A DNA stretch of 64,000 nucleotides from Bacteroidales bacterium (GTDB taxonomy: Bacteria; Bacteroidota; Bacteroidia; Bacteroidales; NBLH01). Location: NCBI GenBank assembly GCA_050296515.1, contig JBNKRJ010000003.1, positions 462 to 64,461 on the forward strand, written 5' to 3'. The notes beneath the pieces were generated by a model that worked only from the letters and a program-made list of their open reading frames with translations, was not told the origin of the DNA and made no database searches. Below, piece by piece: positions 1 through 8,651 of this stretch (position 1 is the stretch's first letter; the number at the start of each line of letters is the position of its first letter). The position numbers were made by a program, and so were the translations under genes.

Positions 1-132
1 AAGGTAAATATAATTGATATTTCCCATGTTTTATAGATTCCTGAATAACAAGCACTTACACCTTCATCATCAAAAATAAAGTCTGATAATCAACAGTTTA
101 TAATTACCACTATGTAATGTTTAACTTTGTTT

Positions 133-400
133 TTCAACTTCAGGGTTGAATCAGGTCTTCATTTTTTGGTTATTCACTTCGTTCATGAGCTCCACTTTGT
201 TCCGGTTGACCCAAAAATGAAGCAACTCAGGCGAAGCCGATCTCATGAAGTTCTGCAAGAACGAGTAAAAAAGTCAAGGCTGCATGGAAAACCTTCTCCA
301 TCTCTTATCAGGCCTAAGTGCGGCCGGGTGATCTTCGAACAAGTTCGAAGCTTCCCGGTCTTACTAAGGCTTGATTGCAAGCTGAAAAAGGTTTTCCATG
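133..400. other. GC-elevated, hairpin-dense element: candidate structured ncRNA or palindromic MITE-like element, class not identified
   Basis: Stem 157-169 'cttcattttttgg' pairs with 211-222 'ccaaaaatgaag'. A perfect 12-bp stem, 283-294 'catggaaaacct' with 389-400 'aggttttccatg', encloses a 19-position helix (310-328 / 354-372; 2 mismatches, 3 G-U). The tip is a hairpin 'cttcgaac aa gttcgaag' (333-350). G+C is visibly above the flanks. The overlapping 122-aa ORF starts at TTG and does not look protein-like. Confidence 0.35.
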
Positions 401-622
401 AGGCCAACCGCTCTACCTTCAATAACGCATCATCTTTTATTCATAAATTTGACCTGAGAAACATCAGTTATACAATAATAGTCTCTTTTCGATAGCAAGG
501 AAACATTAATAAAGCCTGACTATGCGTTCCTAAATCAAAAGGCACTATAACTTAAAAAACAAAACCAAGTTAAAATATTGCATTTAATTTTTATCTTTAG
601 TTTTTAATTTAAAATCAAATAA

Positions 623-1375
623 ATGATGAAAACCTTTAAAACTTTATTCTTAATTATTTGCCTTGCAGCAATTCAGTTAACCACTTATGCTCAAAATAAA
701 AAAGTAGCAGTAACCACCTTTTGGGTATCAAAACATATTGGATTTGAAGAGTTAGGTGGTGCAGCAGGGCTAGCAGCTTCTATAGCTTCTCTTGCTGATG
801 ATCCAAATTTCAATTTACAACCTGTATTAGACAACTTTTATAACACTTTTACAACCGAATATGCAAAACAATTCCCTTTTGATTTAGTTCCTGAAAATGA
901 GGTTCTTGAAAAACCAGAATACAAAAGCTATGAGGGCAGATACAATGAATCAAAAGATGTTGACAGAGCCAAAATTTTCCAGCAATTTCTGACTCCTAAA
1001 ACCTACAAACCTCTTCAGGAGTCTCTAATTAAGGGGGAAAAAAGCAATCAAATGCAAATGGTTGAGATGTTTAAAGATATGGCTGACGGAGTTATGTTTG
1101 TTTCTATGGGATATGATTTTGTAAAAAAACCAATACCATTTACAGCTGGTATCAGAGCTTTTGTTAGAATTAAAATATGGAACAAAGAAGGGAAAAAAGT
1201 ATTAACAATCAATGAATATGGCACCTCGAAAAAATCTGTTGGTATTGTTGGTGGTATTCCTATTATGAAAGTAGAAAAACTATTACCTCTATGTGAAAGT
1301 GCTTCTGAAAAACTGGTTAAGGATTTAAATAAGAAGTTAAAAAAGATTGCAAAAAAAGCAGCTAAAAAACTATAA
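623..1375 (+). CDS. hypothetical secreted protein with a Lys-rich C-terminal tail
   Basis: 250-aa ATG ORF. The N-terminus MMKTFKTLFLIICLAAIQLTTYAQ resembles a Sec signal peptide. The C-terminus is KKLKKIAKKAAKKL. No family recognised. Confidence 0.7.
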   Translation: MMKTFKTLFLIICLAAIQLTTYAQNKKVAVTTFWVSKHIGFEELGGAAGLAASIASLADDPNFNLQPVLDNFYNTFTTEYAKQFPFDLVPENEVLEKPEYKSYEGRYNESKDVDRAKIFQQFLTPKTYKPLQESLIKGEKSNQMQMVEMFKDMADGVMFVSMGYDFVKKPIPFTAGIRAFVRIKIWNKEGKKVLTINEYGTSKKSVGIVGGIPIMKVEKLLPLCESASEKLVKDLNKKLKKIAKKAAKKL

Positions 1376-1383
1376 TAAAATCA

Positions 1384-1433
1384 CTATCAACAACAAAACC
1401 ATGCTTGCTCAGGCATGGTTTTGTTGTTGATAG
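1384..1433 (+). terminator. long perfect hairpin, putative terminator of 623..1375
   Basis: 21-bp perfect inverted repeat 'ctatcaacaacaaaaccatgc' / 'gcatggttttgttgttgatag' with an 8-nt loop, starting 9 nt after the stop codon. No clean U-tract. Confidence 0.6.
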
Positions 1434-2057
1434 AACGACATCAATTCAAACCGCAATTAAAGACGTTTTCCTAAAAAAATCAGTACTAAAAGGCTGATTA
1501 TTGCTTACATAGAATAGCAAATTGCTGTTATACTTTAGTCTTTTATGATTGATAGTAATAAATAATCAAAATACATACTAATATCAAAAGGTTTTCTCTA
1601 CCTTGAATAATGCATACTATGATTTAGTAACTACTTTTAATAATTGAACACGAACAGTCCTCAGAATAAATATTCTTCATCTGTTTGAATAGCAAATAGA
1701 ATAAGTTGCCTATAATAAATAAATACCCACCACTGCATTCCACTTAAAAAAAGTAGCCTGACAGCAATGAATTAAACAAGAAATAAATACAGTTAACAAC
1801 CTGTTTGGTTTCCATATCCACCAATTGCAATTTTGATTTGATATAAGCTAAGATCACTTTTCTCAGTATATCTAAGCTTAATATTTGAAACTATCTAATG
1901 ATTAAGTTACCTATATACTGATCATCGCACACTGCCGGAGCGTTATATAGAAAGCTTGCATATTGTCATAAAAGGTGTTATTTTTACGCGGTACAATAAA
2001 CAACTGACTACTTGATAGTTAAAATCACAGATTTGCTCCAACACCAAACAACCGAAC

Positions 2058-4250
2058 ATGCCTAGAGCTTATTTAAACATTCTACTAATTATTTCCTCTT
2101 TAGTAAATATTGTTTGCTTTAATGGGTTTTCGCAAAGCAAAGAAATTGACAGTTTACTTATTGCTTTAAATAAAACTTCAAACGATACCATTAAAATTAA
2201 AATTCTTCAGAAGTTAACTGATGAATTAATGTATTCAGATCCGGACTCTTCTCTAACATTCATCAACCACGGACTAAATCTCTCAAAAGAAAACAATTAC
2301 TTTCAAGGAATCATTAATGCACATTTAAATTTGGGGACTTATTATTTTTACAAAAGTGATTATACAACCGCATTGGAATATCTTAGCGAAGCATTAAACA
2401 TTTCATTAGAAACTAAGAATATACGAAGCGAAGGGAAGGTTTATAATAACATAGGAATAGTATATGCTAGTATAGATGCAAATAAGCAAGCACTCACTTA
2501 TTTTCAAAAGGCTCTAAAAATAAGTGAACAGCTCAAAAAAAAAGATGAAATGGCAAGTACCTATTCAAACATAGGTATTTTACACGAAAGAATGGAGAAT
2601 CATGTGATGGCTGAAAAATATTACAATCTATCTTTACAAGGAGCAATTGAACTCAATGATTCTTTCATACTAAGTTACACATATAATAACCTAGGCGGTT
2701 TATATAGTAAAACTGACAAAACCACAAAAGCCAAATCTTCTTATGTAAAAGCTTTAAATATTTTTAAACAGATAAACAACAGACATGGAATGTCAACTGC
2801 TTACAATAATCTTGGGATGGTTTTTTTAAAGAACAACGAATTTGATTCAGCCCTCCATTATCTCTCAAAATCATATATCATAAAAAAAGATATTGGTGAT
2901 AAAAAAGGAATTACAACAGTTTTAAACAATAAGGCCGAAGCCTGTTACGCCAAAGCAGAACACATTAATAATGAATCTATTAAGAATAAACTTCTAAAAA
3001 ACGCCCATGCTTATGCATCAGAGGCTTTGGAAATTGCAAAACAACTTAATGTGCTCTCTGAACAACAAAAAGCGTATATGCATTTAGCAAACATTTATTC
3101 AGAAAAAAAAGATTTTCAAAAAGCCTTCAATTTCAATAAAAAATATATAGCAATTAAAGATAGCCTAGTCAGCATTGAAAAAATTAAAGAAATTGCAAAT
3201 ACTGAAGCACTTTATCAGGTTGAAAAAAAAGAAATTCAAATTGAAAACCTTAAAAAGGAAAAGCATATTGACAAACTAACATTGCAGAGGGAAAGATCGC
3301 GCTCAACATTCTTATTATTTGGCATTGGATTTTTTATTCTTCTTGTTATAGTTCTATTCATTTTCATAAGCAGAATTCGCAAAAAGAACAGAATAATCAA
3401 ATCGCAAAATGACAAAATCACCGATCAATACGAAGAAATTTTAGAACAAAACTCTGAACTAAGAAATTTCCAGGAGCACCTGGAAGATTTAGTTGAAGAA
3501 AGAACAGCCAAATTGTCTGAAGCTCAAAACAATGCTGCAAAAGCAGATAAACTAAAATCCATATTTCTGGAAAGTGTTTCACACGAAATTAGAACACCAT
3601 TAAATGCAATAATTGGATTCTCAGCTATTCTAGAAAATGAAGAAAATTTACCAAAACAAGCACAATTTTATGTGGAGAAAATTATTGGTGGTAGTGATAA
3701 CTTGTTACGAGTTGTAGACGACATTCTGCAGATTTCCAAAATTCAAGCTGGCGAGTTAAGTCAGAATTTTGCTCAATTCAATCCTTTGATACTGCTAAAA
3801 GAAGTATATGGCAATTTTAAAAATGCTGACTGCTACTTAAAGAATGAAAAAGTTAGTTTGAAGCTCAACATTGAAGCCATTGACAACATTTCTCTTAAAA
3901 GTGACAAAAAAAGTATTGAAAAAATTCTTCGCAGGTTGACCGACAACGCAATAAAGTTTACTGATGAAGGAATAGTTGAGCTTGGTGTTTCAATTACTAG
4001 TAATCAATCTTTTTGTTTTTATGTTAAAGATACAGGGATAGGTATTAACAAAAAAGATCAACCGTATATCTTTGAACGATTCAGAAAAGCTGAATCTAAT
4101 AAAAATAGACTTTATAGTGGGGTTGGCCTGGGCCTAACCATTTCAAAACATTTGGCCGATTTAATAAATGCCAAACTATGGTTCCAATCCGAAAGAGGTG
4201 TCGGAAGTACTTTTTTTCTAGAATTCACTCCTGAAAGTTTCAAGAAATAA
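2058..4250 (+). CDS. TPR-repeat sensor histidine kinase with no adjacent response regulator
   Basis: Multiple TPR-like repeats (e.g. YNNIGIVYAS...ALTYFQKALKI). TM helix FLLFGIGFFILLVIVLFIFI. H-box SHEIRTPLNAIIGF, N-box DNAIKFT, G-boxes DTGIGI and GVGLGLTISK. Confidence 0.9.
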   Translation: MPRAYLNILLIISSLVNIVCFNGFSQSKEIDSLLIALNKTSNDTIKIKILQKLTDELMYSDPDSSLTFINHGLNLSKENNYFQGIINAHLNLGTYYFYKSDYTTALEYLSEALNISLETKNIRSEGKVYNNIGIVYASIDANKQALTYFQKALKISEQLKKKDEMASTYSNIGILHERMENHVMAEKYYNLSLQGAIELNDSFILSYTYNNLGGLYSKTDKTTKAKSSYVKALNIFKQINNRHGMSTAYNNLGMVFLKNNEFDSALHYLSKSYIIKKDIGDKKGITTVLNNKAEACYAKAEHINNESIKNKLLKNAHAYASEALEIAKQLNVLSEQQKAYMHLANIYSEKKDFQKAFNFNKKYIAIKDSLVSIEKIKEIANTEALYQVEKKEIQIENLKKEKHIDKLTLQRERSRSTFLLFGIGFFILLVIVLFIFISRIRKKNRIIKSQNDKITDQYEEILEQNSELRNFQEHLEDLVEERTAKLSEAQNNAAKADKLKSIFLESVSHEIRTPLNAIIGFSAILENEENLPKQAQFYVEKIIGGSDNLLRVVDDILQISKIQAGELSQNFAQFNPLILLKEVYGNFKNADCYLKNEKVSLKLNIEAIDNISLKSDKKSIEKILRRLTDNAIKFTDEGIVELGVSITSNQSFCFYVKDTGIGINKKDQPYIFERFRKAESNKNRLYSGVGLGLTISKHLADLINAKLWFQSERGVGSTFFLEFTPESFKK

Positions 4251-4382
4251 TTTTCAAAACATCTCTAATTTTTATTCCTCCAATTATTTTAGCCTATCTC
4301 AACAGTATTATTATATTTGTTCTAGTATTTAAAACCAATTTTAATCATCAAATAACACAAACTTATTTAACTATGAAATAAG

Positions 4383-4434
4383 CAAAAGTAAAATAAACAT
4401 TTTCATTCATAAAGGAATGTTTATTTTACTTTTG
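4383..4434 (+). terminator. AT-rich 19-bp perfect hairpin, possible terminator
   Basis: 'caaaagtaaaataaacatt' (4383-4401) pairs perfectly with 'aatgtttattttacttttg' (4416-4434) around a 14-nt loop. It lies between the kinase gene and the next gene. Confidence 0.5.
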
Positions 4435-4476
4435 TGATTCCATGTGACAATAAAAACAATCTAAAAAAATAAACAC

Positions 4477-6687
4477 ATGAAAAAGTTTTTCAAATGGGTT
4501 TTTATTCTTATCCTACTTGTCGGTGCTACTGGTGGCGGATATTATGTTTACGACAACTACATTAAAGAACAAACTACACGGAGCTATTTTAGCATGGTTC
4601 CTGAAGATGCCATTTTTGTTATTGAAACTTCGAACCTTACTGATGGATGGAAAGCGATAAGCGAAAGTAACATCTGGAATCATCTATTAAAGAACCCTTA
4701 TTTTTATGATATTAATAAATATGCCGAATTACTTGACGACTTTTTAAAAGACAATAAAACAGTAGATCTGGTTCTGCGAAACAGACCTATGCTGATATCC
4801 GCTCACATGATTTCAGCGGTTGATTATGATTTTTTGTTTGTAGTCGATTTACAAAGCGCCAAAACACTTTCGGGAGCCATTGATGAAGTACTGGGATTTG
4901 TTGATGGATACGATGTGAAAAAACGAAAATACAAGGAAACTGAAATTATTGAATTCATTGACAAAGAGGATCCTCAAAGCATTATTTATTTCACTGTTAT
5001 CGATAACCTTTTAGTTGGAACCTTTACAGGCCAACTAATGGAACGTACATTAGATGGTCGAAACATTGACTATTGGGAGAATAATGAGCAGTATAAGCTT
5101 ATTACAGATGAACTGAGTACCAGAAAGTTATTCAAGTTTTATTTTAATTATCGAAGTCTTCCGAGTTTTGTAAGCATTTATGCCGAAGATATGGAAGAAT
5201 ACACTGTTCCGATGTCAAAAGCACTTACTTTTTCGGCCTTTGATGTTAATCTTGAAGACAATAAGTTAAGCCTTGATGGTTATTCTGCACTCGATTCATT
5301 GCCATCGTACTTTAGTGCATTGTCGGATGTAAAGCCGGGTGAAATGCATGCCCATGAAATTATTTCTGATCAAACTGCGCTTTATGTTTCGATAGGCTTT
5401 AAAAATTACAACATATTTTACCAGAGCCTTGTTGATCAATATGGAAAGGGGAATGCTGAAGACATGGAAGATTATGCAGGCAATGTAAAAACTGTTGAAA
5501 AGTGGTTTGACATAAATGTGCAAAAAGACTTTTTTGATTGGATTGGGGAGGAAATTGCTTTTATCAAGCTTCGCCCAATTAGTAGTTCGCGGCTTGAAGA
5601 TGTAATTGCAGTCATTCATACCAACAACATCAATGACGCAAAGGCAGGAATGGAGAGAATTACAAAGCAGATACGGAAAAGGAGCCCGCTAAAGTTTGAC
5701 ATTATAGAATATAAAAACCACCAAATCAACTATCTTGAACGAAAAGGTATCTTCAAGCTATTTTTTGGAAAGCTTTTCAAGAGTCTTGAGAAACCTTATT
5801 TTACTTTTATTGATGATTTTGTGGTATTCAGCAACTCTCCTGATGCATTAAAACAAATTATTGATGATTATCTAAAGGGGCATGTCCTTTCGCACAACAA
5901 ACAATTTATGGATTTTAAGGCAAATTTTGAAGTAAAATCAAATGTGTTGATTTTTATTCAGATGCCGAAATTATATTCAAATCTTTATACTTTCTCAAAT
6001 CCCGAAACCAAAAAATCCATCATGGAAAACAAGGATTTAATCCTGAGTTTCAACCGCTTAGGGTTTCAATTAGTATCTGAAAACGATATGTTTAAAACAA
6101 TTTTAATTTCTGACCATAATGAAGATGCCAGCCTGATGGATGAGTTGGAGAAAGTTGAGAAAAAAGCTGCGGACGATTTAATGAAAGAAGACCTTGACTC
6201 TCTTAGGTTTAAAATTGTTTTTCCTGATTCGGTAACCATGCCCGAAGGTCCTTACAGAGCATTTTACGATGATGGTCAAACCATCAAAGCGGAGGGTAAA
6301 ATTGAAGATGGAAAACCTGTTGGCTTGTGGAGAACATATTATCAGAATGGCAACTTAAAAAATTCTGTAAATTACAAAGACGGATTGGTTAACGGCACAG
6401 CATTTTTCTTCTTTAACGATAATAAAGAAACCAAAATGGCCGAAGTTGTTTTTAATGAGGATATTCCTGAAGGCAAATACCAGGAATTTTTTGAAAATGG
6501 AGCTCAAAAGGCGATCTTAAATTACGAAGAAGGAAAGCTTGAAGGGAATGCTGAGTTTTTCTACCCTACCGGAAGAATAAAAATAAAAGGAAAATTCAAA
6601 GACAACGAAAAGAAAGGTAAATGGTTGTTTTATGATGAAAACGGACAATTGATCAACAAAGAAAAAATGAAAAAGATGAAGAATTAA
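4477..6687 (+). CDS. membrane-anchored protein with C-terminal MORN-variant (YwqK-type) repeats
   Basis: N-terminal TM helix FKWVFILILLVGATGGGYYVY. C-terminal repeats include GLWRTYYQNGNLKNSVNYKDGLVNG, EGKYQEFFENGAQKAILNYEEGKLEG and KGKWLFYDENGQL. The N-terminal ~550 aa has no family I can name with certainty. Confidence 0.75.
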   Translation: MKKFFKWVFILILLVGATGGGYYVYDNYIKEQTTRSYFSMVPEDAIFVIETSNLTDGWKAISESNIWNHLLKNPYFYDINKYAELLDDFLKDNKTVDLVLRNRPMLISAHMISAVDYDFLFVVDLQSAKTLSGAIDEVLGFVDGYDVKKRKYKETEIIEFIDKEDPQSIIYFTVIDNLLVGTFTGQLMERTLDGRNIDYWENNEQYKLITDELSTRKLFKFYFNYRSLPSFVSIYAEDMEEYTVPMSKALTFSAFDVNLEDNKLSLDGYSALDSLPSYFSALSDVKPGEMHAHEIISDQTALYVSIGFKNYNIFYQSLVDQYGKGNAEDMEDYAGNVKTVEKWFDINVQKDFFDWIGEEIAFIKLRPISSSRLEDVIAVIHTNNINDAKAGMERITKQIRKRSPLKFDIIEYKNHQINYLERKGIFKLFFGKLFKSLEKPYFTFIDDFVVFSNSPDALKQIIDDYLKGHVLSHNKQFMDFKANFEVKSNVLIFIQMPKLYSNLYTFSNPETKKSIMENKDLILSFNRLGFQLVSENDMFKTILISDHNEDASLMDELEKVEKKAADDLMKEDLDSLRFKIVFPDSVTMPEGPYRAFYDDGQTIKAEGKIEDGKPVGLWRTYYQNGNLKNSVNYKDGLVNGTAFFFFNDNKETKMAEVVFNEDIPEGKYQEFFENGAQKAILNYEEGKLEGNAEFFYPTGRIKIKGKFKDNEKKGKWLFYDENGQLINKEKMKKMKN

Positions 6688-6724
6688 AATTTTCTATTAT
6701 CTTTATATACGGAACTAAATAATT

Positions 6725-7597
6725 ATGAACAGAATAGGTGAATCAGAATTGATTATTAATGAAGATGGTAGTATTTTTCATCTTCATCTAAAACCAGAAC
6801 ATATTGCAGATACTATTATTCTTGTGGGAGATCAGGACAGAGTAGATATGGTTTCTGCAAATTTCGAAAAAATTGAATTCAAAGTACAGAATCGTGAATT
6901 TAGAACCCATACAGGTATTTTTAATGGAAAAAGAATCAGTGTGATATCTACTGGAATTGGAACAGATAATATTGATATTGTTGTAAACGAGCTTGATGCC
7001 ATTAGCAATATTGATTTAACGACAAGAACAGTAAAAAAAGAGCACAAAAAATTAAGATTAGTCAGGATAGGAACCTCAGGAGCCTTGCAGGAAGATATCC
7101 CAGTTGACACGCCTGTAATTACAAAAGAGTCAATTGGGTTTGATGGTTTGCTCAATTTTTATAAAAACAGGGATTCAATCTCCGATATTACTGCTGAAGA
7201 AGCATTTATTAAACATACTGATTGGAACAAGAAACTAGCAATTCCATACTTTGTTCAGGCATCGAAAGAGCTTGTTGAAAAAGTTGGCTTTGATATGGTT
7301 AAAGGTTATACCATTTCGGCTCCGGGTTTTTATGGTCCGCAAGGCAGAGTTTTGCGTTTACCATTGGGTGATGAAAATCTGAATGAAAAGATAACAGCTT
7401 TTAGATACAACGGACTTAAAATCAACAATTTCGAAATGGAAAGCTCGGCCATTTATGGCTTATCAAAACTGCTTGGACACGAAGCACTTACGGTATGCAA
7501 TATCATTGCAAACAGAATCAGAAAAGAGTATAGTTCTGATTACAAAAAAGCGGTTGCTAAATTAGTATTAAAAGTGCTTGAAAGATTAACAAATTAG
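6725..7597 (+). CDS. nucleoside phosphorylase (PNP/UDP family, uridine phosphorylase-like)
   Basis: Motifs ISTGIGTDNIDIVVNEL, RIGTSGALQ and FEMESSAIY are typical of the PNP_UDP_1 fold. Confidence 0.85.
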   Translation: MNRIGESELIINEDGSIFHLHLKPEHIADTIILVGDQDRVDMVSANFEKIEFKVQNREFRTHTGIFNGKRISVISTGIGTDNIDIVVNELDAISNIDLTTRTVKKEHKKLRLVRIGTSGALQEDIPVDTPVITKESIGFDGLLNFYKNRDSISDITAEEAFIKHTDWNKKLAIPYFVQASKELVEKVGFDMVKGYTISAPGFYGPQGRVLRLPLGDENLNEKITAFRYNGLKINNFEMESSAIYGLSKLLGHEALTVCNIIANRIRKEYSSDYKKAVAKLVLKVLERLTN

Positions 7598-7659
7598 AGA
7601 TTAGTTAGCTATTTTTGAACCTCTATTATGATTACTAGTAGCCAGCTGAAAACTGAAAC

Positions 7660-8553
7660 ATGAAAGAATCGGAAATAAAGGCATTAATTACTTTACTTGA
7701 AGACCCCGACTGGACAGTTTACGAAGCAGTAAAAACCAGGTTGGTGGACTTAGGCGAAAAAGTATTGCCACAACTTAGGAGTGCCTGGGAAAAAAGCAAA
7801 AGTGATATTTTTCTTGAGCGCTCCCTTACTATTATTTCGGATGTTCAGTTCAATCAAACTTACGATGTATTTAAAGGATGGGTAAAATCAGATGAGGCCA
7901 ATCTTTTTGATGGAGCTTTTTTAATTGCCAAATACAAATTCCCAGATCTTGACAAGGATGAAATCATGCAAAAGGTTGAAAAAATAAAACGCGATGCATG
8001 GTTACAAATGAATGATAACCTAACCCCTCTTGAACAAATAAGAGTGTTAAACCACATTATTTTTAACATTCATAAGTTTGTCCGTAATAATATGGACTTC
8101 TACTCCCCAAAAAACTCATATCTGAATTTAGTGCTTGAAACCAAAAAGGGGAACCCGGTGTCTTTGGCAATACTATACCTTTTAGTTGCTGTAAAACTTG
8201 GATTGCCGGTTTATGGAGTAAATCTTCCTAAAAATTTCATTTTGGCCTATGTTGAAGAACTTAGCAATTCAAACCTCGAAACCGTTTTGGAAGATAAAAT
8301 TGTTTCATTTTATATCAATCCATATAACAATGGAGCTGTTCTGACAAAACGGGAAATTGATTATTTCCTAAAGCAGCAGAAAATAACGCCTCTTGATTAC
8401 TTTTACACACCTTGTGATAACCACACAACCATTCAAAGGCTTTTGCTGAACCTTATTTTTGCCTACGAAAGGCAAGAGGATTTTGGGAAAGCTGAAGAAT
8501 TGAAGAAGTTTTTATCCTTATTTAAAAAGCAACTCCCCGATTATACCATTTAG
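7660..8553 (+). CDS. transglutaminase-like / SirB1 (UPF0162) family protein with a TPR-like C-terminus
   Basis: The core segment KKGNPVSLAILYLLVAVKLGLPVYGVNLPKNFILAY matches the conserved SirB1/YchA-type motif. Confidence 0.7.
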   Translation: MKESEIKALITLLEDPDWTVYEAVKTRLVDLGEKVLPQLRSAWEKSKSDIFLERSLTIISDVQFNQTYDVFKGWVKSDEANLFDGAFLIAKYKFPDLDKDEIMQKVEKIKRDAWLQMNDNLTPLEQIRVLNHIIFNIHKFVRNNMDFYSPKNSYLNLVLETKKGNPVSLAILYLLVAVKLGLPVYGVNLPKNFILAYVEELSNSNLETVLEDKIVSFYINPYNNGAVLTKREIDYFLKQQKITPLDYFYTPCDNHTTIQRLLLNLIFAYERQEDFGKAEELKKFLSLFKKQLPDYTI

Positions 8554-8651
8554 AACTAATGGCCGAATAATCCATTTAGTTGGCTGAATAATACATAAAT
8601 ACGCAACTTTTGTATCATAGCTTTGTACGAAAGAATCAAAAACAAAAAACT

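Noticed and set aside
133-400. Identity as RNase P RNA, tmRNA, SRP RNA or a common riboswitch
   Set aside because: I looked on both strands for the hallmark strings. These were GAGGAAAGTCCGG and ACAGAAnnCGGCTTA (RNase P), GGGGnTGA...TCCACCA with an ALAA tag ORF (tmRNA), and GGAAGCAGCC (SRP). I also looked for the B12 box, the TPP CTGAGA/ACCTGATCTGG motif, and the S-box CTCTTATCnAGAG...GGCAAC. None is present beyond trivial matches such as 'ctcttatca' alone.
127-495. 122-aa ORF in the track, considered as a possible protein-coding gene
   Set aside because: It has a TTG start, no plausible ribosome-binding or promoter context, and a composition that is not protein-like (MFFNFRVESGLHFLVIHFVHELHF...). 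It coincides exactly with a region whose signal is nucleotide-level hairpins. I treat it as a by-product of elevated G+C.
1640-1850. Possible frameshifted small membrane-protein gene on the minus strand (METKQVVNCIYFLFNSLLSGYFF* next to a T-run)
   Set aside because: It is only ~23 codons before the stop, any continuation needs a frameshift in a homopolymer, and there is no recognisable homology. That is too weak to call a pseudogene or a phase-variable gene.
8610-8651. N-terminal extensions implied by the longest-ORF coordinates (8610, 13850, 29149, 41540, 49254, 54098, 37263)
   Set aside because: The extensions precede a clean internal ATG, several of them starting at TTG. The ATG starts give proper signal peptides or conserved N-termini at 8652, 13820, 29215, 41576, 49296, 54224 and 37299. 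The 54098 start would lie inside the icmF terminator hairpin.
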